A stretch of DNA of 31,653 nt from contig JBDKUN010000044.1 of the NCBI GenBank assembly GCA_039679675.1, positions 1 through 31,653 of the forward strand, written 5' to 3'. The notes under the pieces are model-generated. The model searched no databases and was not told the origin of the DNA. It saw nothing but the letters and a program-made list of their open reading frames with translations. Position 1 is the first letter of the stretch. Each line of letters begins with the position of its first letter. This DNA is from Armatimonadota bacterium (GTDB taxonomy: Bacteria; Armatimonadota; UBA5829; DTLH01). The position numbers were made by a program, and so were the translations under genes. Of the stretch, positions 1 to 8,498 are shown piece after piece.

Positions 1-3
1 TCG

Positions 4-115
4 GGTAGTGGGCTTGTATAACTTGGTGACTCATCAAGTGAGTGTAATTGCAGCCCTTTCGGTGGACAATTTCTGCCCTAACCGGCAAGGCGCCAAGTGT
101 CATAAATCCACTACC
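4..115. mobile_element. MITE-like element (112 bp) with imperfect terminal inverted repeats
   Basis: Left end GGTAGTGGGCTTGTATAACTTGG matches the reverse complement of the right end, GGTAGTGGATTTATGACACTTGG. No ORF inside. The right flank TGTTTTCG ends in TCG, the same as the three bases available on the left flank. Confidence 0.6.
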
Positions 116-147
116 TGTTTTCGTGATTAAAGAATTCCCCTTAAGCA

Positions 148-1500
148 TCAGCTTCTGATAATCTTCAGAACTTCTTCGGTCTTTTCTTCCATAAGCTCCT
201 TGGTCTTGGCTTCCAGGTTCAATCTGAGAAGCGGCTCTGTCTGAGAAGGCCGTACGTTGAACCACCAGTTGTCAAACTCAATGGTCAGCCCGTCCAGCTC
301 GTTGAACCTGCCGCCTTCGTACATCGTTTTCAAGAGAGCAAGCTTGCCCTGGACATCATCGACCTTGGAGTTGATCTCCGGCGTATGATAATACCGCTTG
401 AGCGGCTTGACGAGTTCCGATAACGGCTTCCCTTCTCTGAGCAGGAGCTTGACGATGTTCAAAAACGCCAGGTCGCCGTTGTCCGTATAGTAAAAATCGC
501 TGAAATAGTAGTGCGACGAAAGCTCGCCCGCGAAATATCCGCCTTCTGCGCGCATCTGCCGCTTTATCAGCCCGTGGCCGACTCTGCAGGGCACCGCGAC
601 TCCGCCGGCGGCCTTTATCTCTTCGGGAACGACCCAACTTGAGCGAATATCGTATAAAATCTTCGCGCCGGGCTTCTTTCTGAGCATCTCGCGCGCGATA
701 AGCGCGGTAATCAGGTCGCCGGAGATGAGCTCGCCGTTCTCATCCACAAACCCGACCCTGTCACCGTCGCCGTCGAACGCCGCGCCGAAGCTGGCTTTGT
801 TCTTTACAACCGATTCCTGCAGCCATTTTAGCGTAGAGAGCTTGAGCGGGTTTGCCTCATGGTTCGGGAACGACCCGTCTATATCCCAGAAAAGCTTGAT
901 CGGCTCGTTTCCGACCCGCTCGAACAGCTTGGGCAGAATAAGCCCACCCATACCATTGGCAGTATCGACCGCTATCTTTAGGCCGCCGAAGTCGCTTATT
1001 CCCGCATTTTCGATAACCGCGTCGATGTACCGGCTGAGGACGTCCTCTTCAGGATAGACCTTGCCTTTTTGAGGCGGATCGGGAAATTCGCCCGCGCAGG
1101 CCTTTTGCCAAAGCACCTGGTTGTCTATGTAAGCGATACTCGGCACAGCATTCGGGCCGGTCATCTTGAAACCGTTGTAGTCACCCGGGTTGTGGGACGC
1201 CGTCACCATCATACCTGCGTCACCTTTGAGAAGGTTTACGCCAAAGTAGTACATCGGGGTGCTGGTAAGCCCCATCGGGACCACATCCGCGCCCTGGTCG
1301 GTTATACCTCGGATAGTAGCCTCGACGAGCACATCCCCCGTCGTGCGCATGTCATGTCCGACGACGACTCTTTTCCAGCCCTGCGACGCGACGTATGCGC
1401 GGGCTATGCGATAGCATATATCCTCGTCTATCTGACTGGGATAAATGCCTCTGATGTCGTAAGCCTTAAAAATAGTGGGGTCGATTTCTCTTGCGGTCAT
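148..1500 (-). CDS. manB: Phosphomannomutase/phosphoglucomutase (AlgC/ManB type)
   Basis: FKAYDIRG N-terminus, catalytic TASHNP, metal loop FDGDGDR, GELSSH, C-terminal RPSQTEP..RLNLE. Confidence 0.93.
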   Translation of the reverse strand: MTAREIDPTIFKAYDIRGIYPSQIDEDICYRIARAYVASQGWKRVVVGHDMRTTGDVLVEATIRGITDQGADVVPMGLTSTPMYYFGVNLLKGDAGMMVTASHNPGDYNGFKMTGPNAVPSIAYIDNQVLWQKACAGEFPDPPQKGKVYPEEDVLSRYIDAVIENAGISDFGGLKIAVDTANGMGGLILPKLFERVGNEPIKLFWDIDGSFPNHEANPLKLSTLKWLQESVVKNKASFGAAFDGDGDRVGFVDENGELISGDLITALIAREMLRKKPGAKILYDIRSSWVVPEEIKAAGGVAVPCRVGHGLIKRQMRAEGGYFAGELSSHYYFSDFYYTDNGDLAFLNIVKLLLREGKPLSELVKPLKRYYHTPEINSKVDDVQGKLALLKTMYEGGRFNELDGLTIEFDNWWFNVRPSQTEPLLRLNLEAKTKELMEEKTEEVLKIIRS

Positions 1501-1569
1501 CTCTACCTGCCTCTATAAGATGGGGCTGAGCCCCGATTCATGCCTTCCTCTACGGCGGAAGCCTGCGCC

Positions 1570-1599
1570 ATTATAGCCACAGGTCCAAAAGAGTGTCAA
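1570..1599 (-). promoter_or_regulatory. sigma70-type promoter for the phosphomannomutase
   Basis: Minus strand TTGACA-18 bp-TATAAT, about 70 bp upstream of the ATG. Confidence 0.75.
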
Positions 1600-1661
1600 G
1601 AAATCCAGCGATTGCACGCAGGAAAGGCAATTACACAGGTGTCTTTTTCCTAAAGCAGGCA

Positions 1662-1694
1662 GAACAAAACAAAAAGCCGGGCACTGCACCCGGC
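1662..1694 (-). terminator. Intrinsic terminator after the PEP-CTERM gene
   Basis: Minus strand GCCGGG-TGCAGTG-CCCGGC followed by TTTTTGTTTTGTT, just after the stop at 1711. Confidence 0.8.
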
Positions 1695-1710
1695 CCAATG
1701 TTATCGTTTA

Positions 1711-2217
1711 TTATTTTCTTCGCCTCAATGCTAACCCACCGATACCAGCTAGTCCCCCGAAGAGAGCCAGAATGGAGGATGGTTCGGGAACTGGTGCGGG
1801 TGTTGGAGTTAGTGTGCCATCAATACCTCCTCCAGCACCAGTCAACCGAATGAAATAGTTCAATTGTGTGGGCAACAATGCAAATGTTCCTGCACAGCCG
1901 GTAAGCATACTACCGGGAGAAACATCGTATTCAGAAGATAAGCTATCCCAGTTAGTCTTGCGTGTATCTGTAACAGCACGCCAACCGTCTGGGGCAACTA
2001 AGCCGGTAATCTCTGTAGTATATAAGCCCCAACCATAGCTGCTGCCATGTCCATAATCCGTATATAGCACGAAATCAAGCCGGTAGCTACCCGTTTCCAA
2101 GGGTCTGTATGTAGCTGTAACATAAGGATCTGCACAAGCTGCAATTGAGCAGGCAATGAACAGACATAGGAGCATAAGCGGGAAATAACGGCTGAAGATA
2201 CTGCGGGCAATGACCAT
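1711..2217 (-). CDS. Small PEP-CTERM sorting-domain surface protein
   Basis: N-terminal signal peptide; C-terminal PVPEPSSILALFGGLAGIGGLALRRRK (VPEP, TM helix, basic tail); AGGAG RBS. Confidence 0.9.
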   Translation of the reverse strand: MVIARSIFSRYFPLMLLCLFIACSIAACADPYVTATYRPLETGSYRLDFVLYTDYGHGSSYGWGLYTTEITGLVAPDGWRAVTDTRKTNWDSLSSEYDVSPGSMLTGCAGTFALLPTQLNYFIRLTGAGGGIDGTLTPTPAPVPEPSSILALFGGLAGIGGLALRRRK

Positions 2218-2274
2218 GTTTCGCTCCTGATGAGAGTGGAATTTGGTGTTTCACCCTGTAAAAGCGGTAATTGC

Positions 2275-2303
2275 AATGTAGCATGGATATGCCCGGCTGT
2301 CAA
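2275..2303 (-). promoter_or_regulatory. sigma70-type promoter for the PEP-CTERM gene
   Basis: Minus strand TTGACA-17 bp-TACATT with an extended TGn. Confidence 0.65.
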
Positions 2304-2332
2304 TCGGTCATTCTGTTCGCATGTCAGGTGAC

Positions 2333-4081
2333 TTATCCGCCTGAGAGGAGTTCCGAGAAGGTCACCAGCTTATATCCCTTGGCCCTGAGCGCATCTATCA
2401 CCTTCGGGAGGGCCATCAGCGTGACTTCTTCCACGTTGTGCATCAGGATAATGCTTCCCGGCACCGTCTGTGACGACACCTGCCTTATGATGTTTTGAGG
2501 CGTGGTCCCTTCGTTCCTGCTGCAGTTCACGGTCCAGAAGACCGAGGAAAACCCGTATTTTCCTGCCGCCGTGGCGAGATTGCCGTTTTGGTGCCCGCCG
2601 GGAGGGCGGAAGAACCTGCTGGACTTCCCGGTTATGTCCCCGACGACAGCAGCCGTCCGGACCAGCTCCTTTTCTATCTCTATGTTCGATAAGTAGTGCA
2701 GATTTCTGTGTGAGTAGGTATGTATCTGGATTTCATGCCCCCCGGCAGCTATCTGGTGAAGCATGTCCGGGTTGGACTCGGCCATAGCTCCGACTACGAA
2801 GAACGTGGCTTGAACATTCTTGTCCGCGAGGACCTTGAGGAGCCTCGGAGTGCTCACACTGGGGCCATCATCGAAGGTAATCGCAGCCACTTTCTCTTTT
2901 CTGGCGGCTTTCCATACCTCATGATACTTGGCAATAGGCGCGTAATGGCTGATCAGAAGCTCCCGCGCATCTTTGTAGTCAGGATCAATCCCGACCACAT
3001 GCTCCAGCGCGTTTGTTGCCGCTTTTTTATCTTTCCCGGCATCGGCACACTTCGAAAGGGTATAATATGCGAGCCGCTTCGAAGGTTTGAGCTTCAGACA
3101 GTCCCATAATGCCTTTTCAGCTCTCATCGCTTCTTCAGGATCGACCTTTGCAGTTAGCGATGGCCCGGTATTCGACACCATCACCCTGGTAGATTTATCC
3201 GTGACCACGGTGCTTACAAGAGAATGGCCTTCTATCTTGATGGTATGAGGTGAATTTGCGTATTTGGTGGTGTCCCACTGGCATTCGTATGGGGAATGGT
3301 TCACCATACCAAGCAGCTCATCATCGACGTAGAACAGCACGTAGGCAATTCCCTGGGTTCTAGAGAGATCTGCCTTCAGTATCGTCGTGCCGCTCATTAC
3401 GGGAAGCTTCGGCTCTGCCTGCGATGGCGTCCTATACGGTTTTGAGAGGTTCTTTCCGGTGAAGGCTACGGCGCTTTTGGGATCGAACGTCATGACCGCG
3501 CCCGGCTCTTCCTCGAAGCCGCGCCAGTCCTTGACCATTGCAGAGAGGATATCGCGCGCTACTTTGTAATCGCCGCTCGCAAAGCGTTTCTCTGCGGCTA
3601 TCTGCTGCAGCACAGGATGCTCCGACGGCTCTGCGTTTCTGCCTGAAATAGCCGATATATAGGCCAGTGCGGGACCTGTGTCGCACACGCCCCCTGCCGA
3701 TGCCTTCTCAAAGTATTTTCTAGCGGAATCCGTCTTGCCGTACGCCAGGTAGTACAGTCCGAAACCGTACATCGCAAGCGGATGGTTCGGGGAAAGCTCG
3801 TTCGCCGCCGTAAATTCCTTGAACGCCCGGTCGAGCTGCCTGGTATGAAGCAGCATCGTCCCGAGGGCTATGTGGACCAAAGGGTCGCCGGAGCGCTGGG
3901 TAAACGCACTGTTTATGTTTACTGCCGCACTATCGTAGTTACCCTGCTCCATCGCGACCGCAGCTGCTACTATATCATCGATATAAGCATCACCGGCGGC
4001 TGCAGGAGTAACAGCGATACATGTTATTGTTAAAATGGCCGCAGCCAATAAGGAAAACCGTAAAAAATGCACTTTTGCCAC
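2333..4081 (-). CDS. Secreted TPR + Ig-like + NodB/CE4 polysaccharide deacetylase
   Basis: Signal peptide; TPR-like helices; Ig-like segment (YVLFYVDD..PYECQWDT..HTIKIE); C-terminal TFDDGP, ATFFVVG, HTYSH, FRPPGG, IILMH. Confidence 0.88.
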   Translation of the reverse strand: MAKVHFLRFSLLAAAILTITCIAVTPAAAGDAYIDDIVAAAVAMEQGNYDSAAVNINSAFTQRSGDPLVHIALGTMLLHTRQLDRAFKEFTAANELSPNHPLAMYGFGLYYLAYGKTDSARKYFEKASAGGVCDTGPALAYISAISGRNAEPSEHPVLQQIAAEKRFASGDYKVARDILSAMVKDWRGFEEEPGAVMTFDPKSAVAFTGKNLSKPYRTPSQAEPKLPVMSGTTILKADLSRTQGIAYVLFYVDDELLGMVNHSPYECQWDTTKYANSPHTIKIEGHSLVSTVVTDKSTRVMVSNTGPSLTAKVDPEEAMRAEKALWDCLKLKPSKRLAYYTLSKCADAGKDKKAATNALEHVVGIDPDYKDARELLISHYAPIAKYHEVWKAARKEKVAAITFDDGPSVSTPRLLKVLADKNVQATFFVVGAMAESNPDMLHQIAAGGHEIQIHTYSHRNLHYLSNIEIEKELVRTAAVVGDITGKSSRFFRPPGGHQNGNLATAAGKYGFSSVFWTVNCSRNEGTTPQNIIRQVSSQTVPGSIILMHNVEEVTLMALPKVIDALRAKGYKLVTFSELLSGG

Positions 4082-4146
4082 TTTTGCTTCCTACAAAAGT
4101 GCATGACTTATGAAGAAAGCGCTGTCCCATTGCAAGTTCTATTGAC

Positions 4147-4175
4147 ATGGTATGACTGCCGCTTGTGAAAGTCAA
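4147..4175 (-). promoter_or_regulatory. Putative promoter for the deacetylase
   Basis: Minus strand TTGACT-17 bp-TACCAT in the divergent intergenic region. Confidence 0.5.
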
Positions 4176-4206
4176 CCACGGGGCATTGAGATTGAGCACA
4201 GAGCTC

Positions 4207-4236
4207 TTGACGAAAGGATTGGACTAATTTTATCAT
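4207..4236 (+). promoter_or_regulatory. Putative promoter for the metallophosphoesterase
   Basis: TTGACG-18 bp-TATCAT about 60 bp upstream of the ATG. Confidence 0.5.
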
Positions 4237-4293
4237 TAGCACAAAATCCGCAATGGTAAAGCTCGTTATGAGCTAAGGTATGTCTTTAATAAT

Positions 4294-5232
4294 ATGGGTA
4301 ACAGCAGAAAAAAGCAGACATTGCATTCGGCAGTAGACCAACTGGTCAAGGAAGGAAAACATGAACTTGGCCTGATAAAAAAACAACTGGGTATCAAGTG
4401 GAATCCCCGCTTTACTCCGAAGAAGCGCCGAATTTTGAAGATCGCACTTGTGATCTTCATCATTGGGATGCTGCCTTTTGATATGTTCGTTTATGAACCG
4501 AGGCATATTGAGCTGAATACCTACTATGTGCCGGTGCAGAACCTGCCGCAGGGGCTGGACGGCCTGCGGGTCGTTCAGATGAGCGACCTGCACCTGGGGT
4601 CTACCACGCCAAACGATATTATCTCAAAGGCTGTAGATATGGCTAACTCCGCCCGCCCCGATATTGTGGCCCTCACAGGGGATTTCGTGACATACCACGA
4701 AAGCGCTTCTGTCCCACTCTCAAAAATCCTCTCCCGGCTGCACCCGCGCATAGTCACATACGCGGTGCTGGGAAACCACGATTACGATGTGGGGAAGAAA
4801 ATAGTGACGGACGCTCTGAACAAGTGCGGCATACAGGTCCTGGTCAATAGAAGCATGCAGCCAGTCAGGGGACTGTATATAGTCGGGATGGATGACCCGC
4901 ATGGGGGAAAGCCCGATGCAGTGGCCGCATTCAGAGGGATAGATGAGAACAAATGCTACATAATGCTGGCTCATACCCCGGAGCAGGTCTACCGGCTCAA
5001 GGGCCGCCACGGGCTGCTGCTCACCGGCCATACCCATGGCGGGCAGGTGAGGCTGCCCTGGATGTCAGGGCGAATGGTCCCCGGATATGTAAATGGCAGA
5101 TACATAGCGGGATGGTATCTGGACGGGGACTTACGGACCTACGTAAACCGGGGCATCGGAATGACGAACGCCCCCATCCGTTTCAGGTGCAGACCGGAGG
5201 TAACAGTGTTCGTCCTCGATGCTGTGAGGTAG
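4294..5232 (+). CDS. Membrane-anchored metallophosphoesterase (YkuE/YaeI-like)
   Basis: N-terminal TM helix; SDLH, LTGD, GNHD, AH, GHTHGGQ, YVNRGIG..RFRCRPE motifs. Confidence 0.9.
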   Translation: MGNSRKKQTLHSAVDQLVKEGKHELGLIKKQLGIKWNPRFTPKKRRILKIALVIFIIGMLPFDMFVYEPRHIELNTYYVPVQNLPQGLDGLRVVQMSDLHLGSTTPNDIISKAVDMANSARPDIVALTGDFVTYHESASVPLSKILSRLHPRIVTYAVLGNHDYDVGKKIVTDALNKCGIQVLVNRSMQPVRGLYIVGMDDPHGGKPDAVAAFRGIDENKCYIMLAHTPEQVYRLKGRHGLLLTGHTHGGQVRLPWMSGRMVPGYVNGRYIAGWYLDGDLRTYVNRGIGMTNAPIRFRCRPEVTVFVLDAVR

Positions 5233-5258
5233 GAGCTCTGGACTCGCAGGAGTTTTGA

Positions 5259-5304
5259 GGTAACAATTCACTTTTATAAGAATTACATATCGCCTCGGAC
5301 AGTT
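5259..5304 (+). repeat. 46-bp direct repeat, copy 1 (partner at 13468-13513)
   Basis: GGTAACAATTCACTTTTATAAGAATTACATATCGCCTCGGACAGTT; 41/46 identical to copy 2, all 5 differences transitions. Confidence 0.9.
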
Positions 5305-5411
5305 AACACGCCACCATTGTACCTTAAGCCTGGACAAACACATCTAAATATATAAGAGGCAAGATGGAGAATAGGGGTCAGTATGAATGGTGCAAGCATC
5401 CACTAATTTCT

Positions 5412-5442
5412 TTGGAGTGCGGAAGCGGCAGCTTCCGCTTTT
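5412..5442 (+). repeat. REP-like palindrome, possibly also a terminator between convergent genes
   Basis: TTGGAGT-GCGGAAGC-GGCA-GCTTCCGC-TTTT, perfect 8-bp stem. Confidence 0.6.
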
Positions 5443-5593
5443 CTATCGGCATCCACATATTTTGATAGACCTGTGGATCCATGCCCAGGTATTTTTTCTT
5501 GGACATCCATGTCCCCTATAGTGTTGATCGTAATTTTCGCAGTTACACAGGAGGTAAAGCTATTTAACTCTCATTATGTTAGCCGCAGCACTA

Positions 5594-6559
5594 TTATTTA
5601 CTCTTCCTACAGACAGCACATCCAGCGAAGCCACCTATGCCGCAAAGCAGAGCGATGATACCGGATGGTTCAGGGACTTGTGTTTGTGTCCAGACTATTC
5701 CCTGTGCAATGCTGCTATCTTCACTCGTTAAGCCGACGATAATATTAGAATTGTTGATAGCATAACCAATACCAGCCCCAACGATTGTATATCCTTCGGC
5801 TATACTCCAGGTTATGACTGTATCAACTCCATTTATCTCAGCATTACCAAGCACAACTCCGTTGTCATTTATATCAGCTATACCAAACAGACCACAGCTA
5901 TCAAAGGAAGAATTAATCGGAATGAATATTGTCTCACCATTCAAACTCCACAAGAAATTGCCTATGGCTCCATTGTCCCCTCCATAAGTTCCCGCTATCA
6001 GATTATTATTGTTTATTGCATCTGCAGTACTCCACGTCCCACCGAAAGTTCCGAGGTCTGTTGCGTCTGAACCGTGCCAAAGGGTCGCATGTTTAGTAGC
6101 ATCAATACCACCTACCGCATAACCATTATCATTTACAGCATTTATTGAACCTTTTATAGTCCCGTCGTAAGGAAAAGATAACTCTGTAGCCACTCCACCA
6201 GCAGCAGTCCACTGAAACATCACGTTATTTCCGGCTGATGTGGTATGAGTACCCGTTACCATGCCAGAATTATTAATCTTGTAACCCAGTGAATCTCTAT
6301 CAGTTTTACCTGTATTGATAAGTTGTGGCCCGGAGGCATCATTACTCCAAACTACAACATTACTGGTAGTATTATTGAGAACGCTTCCTACAATCTGCCC
6401 GGAATTATTTATGTCCATCGCCCAAGCATGGTTCCAGCCTCCTGTGTCCAATAGATGCGAAATGTAAGATGTTCCATTCGCACTGGCTGTAGTTCCTAAG
6501 CATACAATCAATGTGATTGCTATTGAGATAAACCTGCTCATATTTTTGCAGCTAATCAT
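5594..6559 (-). CDS. HAF-repeat PEP-CTERM surface protein, tandem copy 1
   Basis: Signal peptide; about six 'INNSGxxVG'-type repeats and TDLGTFGG; VPEPSGIIALLCGIGGFAGCAVCRKSK tail. Start taken at ATG 6559, overlapping the upstream TGA (alternative 6541). Confidence 0.88.
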   Translation of the reverse strand: MISCKNMSRFISIAITLIVCLGTTASANGTSYISHLLDTGGWNHAWAMDINNSGQIVGSVLNNTTSNVVVWSNDASGPQLINTGKTDRDSLGYKINNSGMVTGTHTTSAGNNVMFQWTAAGGVATELSFPYDGTIKGSINAVNDNGYAVGGIDATKHATLWHGSDATDLGTFGGTWSTADAINNNNLIAGTYGGDNGAIGNFLWSLNGETIFIPINSSFDSCGLFGIADINDNGVVLGNAEINGVDTVITWSIAEGYTIVGAGIGYAINNSNIIVGLTSEDSSIAQGIVWTQTQVPEPSGIIALLCGIGGFAGCAVCRKSK

Positions 6560-7521
6560 TTCTTCTTCCCGCAGACAGCACATCCGGCCAAGCCGCCTAT
6601 ACCGCAAAGTAGAGCCAGTATACTGGAAGGTTCTGGGACAGACGTCTGTGTCCAGACTATTCCCTGTGCAATACCGGTATCTTCACTCGTTAAGCCAACG
6701 ATAATATTAGAATTGTTGATAGCATAACCAACACCTGTCCCAACAATTGTGTAACCTTCGGCTATACTCCAGGTTATAACTGTATCAACTCCATTGATCT
6801 CAGCATTGCCAAGCACAACTCCGTTATCATTTATATCAGCTATACCAAACAGACCACAGCTATCAAAGGAAGAATTAATCGGAATGAATGTTGTTTCACC
6901 ATTCAAGCTCCACAGGAAGTTGCTGATAGCTCCATTATCCCCTCCATAGGTTCCCGCTACTAGATTATTATTGTTTATTGCATCTGCAGAACTCCACGTC
7001 CCGCCAAATGTTCCAAGGTCTGTTGCGTCTGAACCATGCCAAAGAGTTGCATGTTTAGTAGCCTCAATACCCCCCACTGCATAACCAATATCGTTTACAG
7101 CATTTATAGAGCCTTTTACTGTCCCATCGTAAGGAAAAGACAGCTCTGCAGCTACTCCACCAGCAGCAGTCCACTGAAACAGAACAGAGCTTCCGTTTGA
7201 CATATCATGCGTGCCCGTTACCATACCAGAATTGTTAATCCAGAATGCAAATGAACCTCTGTCAGTTTCACCAGTATTGATAAGTTGTGGCCCGGAAGTA
7301 TCACTACTCCAAATTGCCGCATAACTTTTATTATTACCAGAAGCACATCCTACAATTTGCCCGGAATTATTTATGTCCATTGCCCAGGCATTGCTCCAGC
7401 TTCCCGTGTCCAATAGATGTGAAACATAAGATGCTCCACTCGCGCTGGCTGTAGTTCCTAAGCATGCAATCAATGCGATTACTACTGAGATAAACCTGCT
7501 CATATTTTTGCAGCTAATCAT
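6556..7521 (-). CDS. HAF-repeat PEP-CTERM surface protein, tandem copy 2
   Basis: Close paralog of copies 1 and 3; VPEPSSILALLCGIGGLAGCAVCGKKK tail. Start taken at ATG 7521, overlapping the upstream TGA (alternative 7503). Confidence 0.88.
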   Translation of the reverse strand: MISCKNMSRFISVVIALIACLGTTASASGASYVSHLLDTGSWSNAWAMDINNSGQIVGCASGNNKSYAAIWSSDTSGPQLINTGETDRGSFAFWINNSGMVTGTHDMSNGSSVLFQWTAAGGVAAELSFPYDGTVKGSINAVNDIGYAVGGIEATKHATLWHGSDATDLGTFGGTWSSADAINNNNLVAGTYGGDNGAISNFLWSLNGETTFIPINSSFDSCGLFGIADINDNGVVLGNAEINGVDTVITWSIAEGYTIVGTGVGYAINNSNIIVGLTSEDTGIAQGIVWTQTSVPEPSSILALLCGIGGLAGCAVCGKKK

Positions 7522-8468
7522 TTCTTCTTCCCGCAGACAGCACATCCGGCCAAGCCGCCTATACCGCAAAGCAGCGCAAGTATACCGGACGGCTCTGGAA
7601 CCTGCGCATGTGTCCAGACTATTCCCTGTGCTATGCTGGTGTCTTCACTCGTTAAGCCAACAATAGTGTTGGAGTTGTTGATAGCATAACCAATACCAGC
7701 CCCAACGATTGTGTATCCTTCGGCTATACTCCAGGTTATGACTGTATGAACCCCATTGAGCTCAGCATTACCAAGCACAACTCCGTTGTCATTTATATCA
7801 GCTATACCAAACAGACCACAGCTATCAAAGGAAGAATTAATCGGAATGAATGTTGTTTCGCCATTCAAGCTCCACAGGAAATTGCTGATAGCTCCGTTAT
7901 CCCCTCCGTAGGTTCCCGCTATCAGATTATTATTGTTTATTGCATCTGCAGTACTCCACGTCCCACCGAAAGTTCCGAGGTCTGTTGCGTCTGAACCATG
8001 CCAAAGAGTTGCACGTGACCTTTCACCATCGCCATTACCCACTGCATAACCAATATCATTTACAGCATTTTTAGAGCCTTTCACTGTCCCGTCATAAGGA
8101 AAAGACAACTCTGTAGCCACTCCACCGGCAGCAGTCCATTGGAACAGTAAGACACTTCCGGCTGATGTGCAGTGATTACCCGTCACTACACCAGAATTAT
8201 TAATCTTGTATCCGAGCGACCCTCTATCAGTTTCACCTGTATTGATGAGTTGTGGCCCGGAAGCGTCGTTGCTCCAAACTACAGCATTACTGGTAGTATT
8301 ATTGAGAACACTTCCAACGATCTGACCGGAATTATTTATGTCCATTGCCCAGGTATAATTCCAGCCTCCTGTGTCTAGCAGATGTGAAACATAAGATGCT
8401 CCACTCACACTGGCTGCAGACCCTAAGCATACAGCCAACACGATCACTATTGAGATAAACCTGCTCAT
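7518..8468 (-). CDS. HAF-repeat PEP-CTERM surface protein, tandem copy 3
   Basis: GGAGG RBS before ATG 8468 (MSRFISI); same repeats; VPEPSGILALLCGIGGLAGCAVCGKKK tail. Confidence 0.88.
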   Translation of the reverse strand: MSRFISIVIVLAVCLGSAASVSGASYVSHLLDTGGWNYTWAMDINNSGQIVGSVLNNTTSNAVVWSNDASGPQLINTGETDRGSLGYKINNSGVVTGNHCTSAGSVLLFQWTAAGGVATELSFPYDGTVKGSKNAVNDIGYAVGNGDGERSRATLWHGSDATDLGTFGGTWSTADAINNNNLIAGTYGGDNGAISNFLWSLNGETTFIPINSSFDSCGLFGIADINDNGVVLGNAELNGVHTVITWSIAEGYTIVGAGIGYAINNSNTIVGLTSEDTSIAQGIVWTHAQVPEPSGILALLCGIGGLAGCAVCGKKK

Positions 8469-8498
8469 ACTGTCTCCTCCTATCGCCTCCACTTATTA

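Larger units (their letters stand above)
5594..8468. repeat. Tandem gene triplication, 962-bp period
   Basis: Stop codons at 5594, 6556 and 7518; the two inter-copy junctions are identical. Confidence 0.95.

Noticed and set aside
6560..7569. N-terminal extensions MRYRRLGRMCCLREEE in the ORF track
   Set aside because: These are alternative-frame readings of the upstream paralog's tail. The signal peptides start at MISCKN/MSRF.
5594..8468. Diversity-generating retroelement (template/variable repeats) as the cause of the triplet
   Set aside because: No reverse transcriptase in the window; all three copies are full genes; differences include synonymous and non-adenine changes, an indel, and are concentrated N-terminally.
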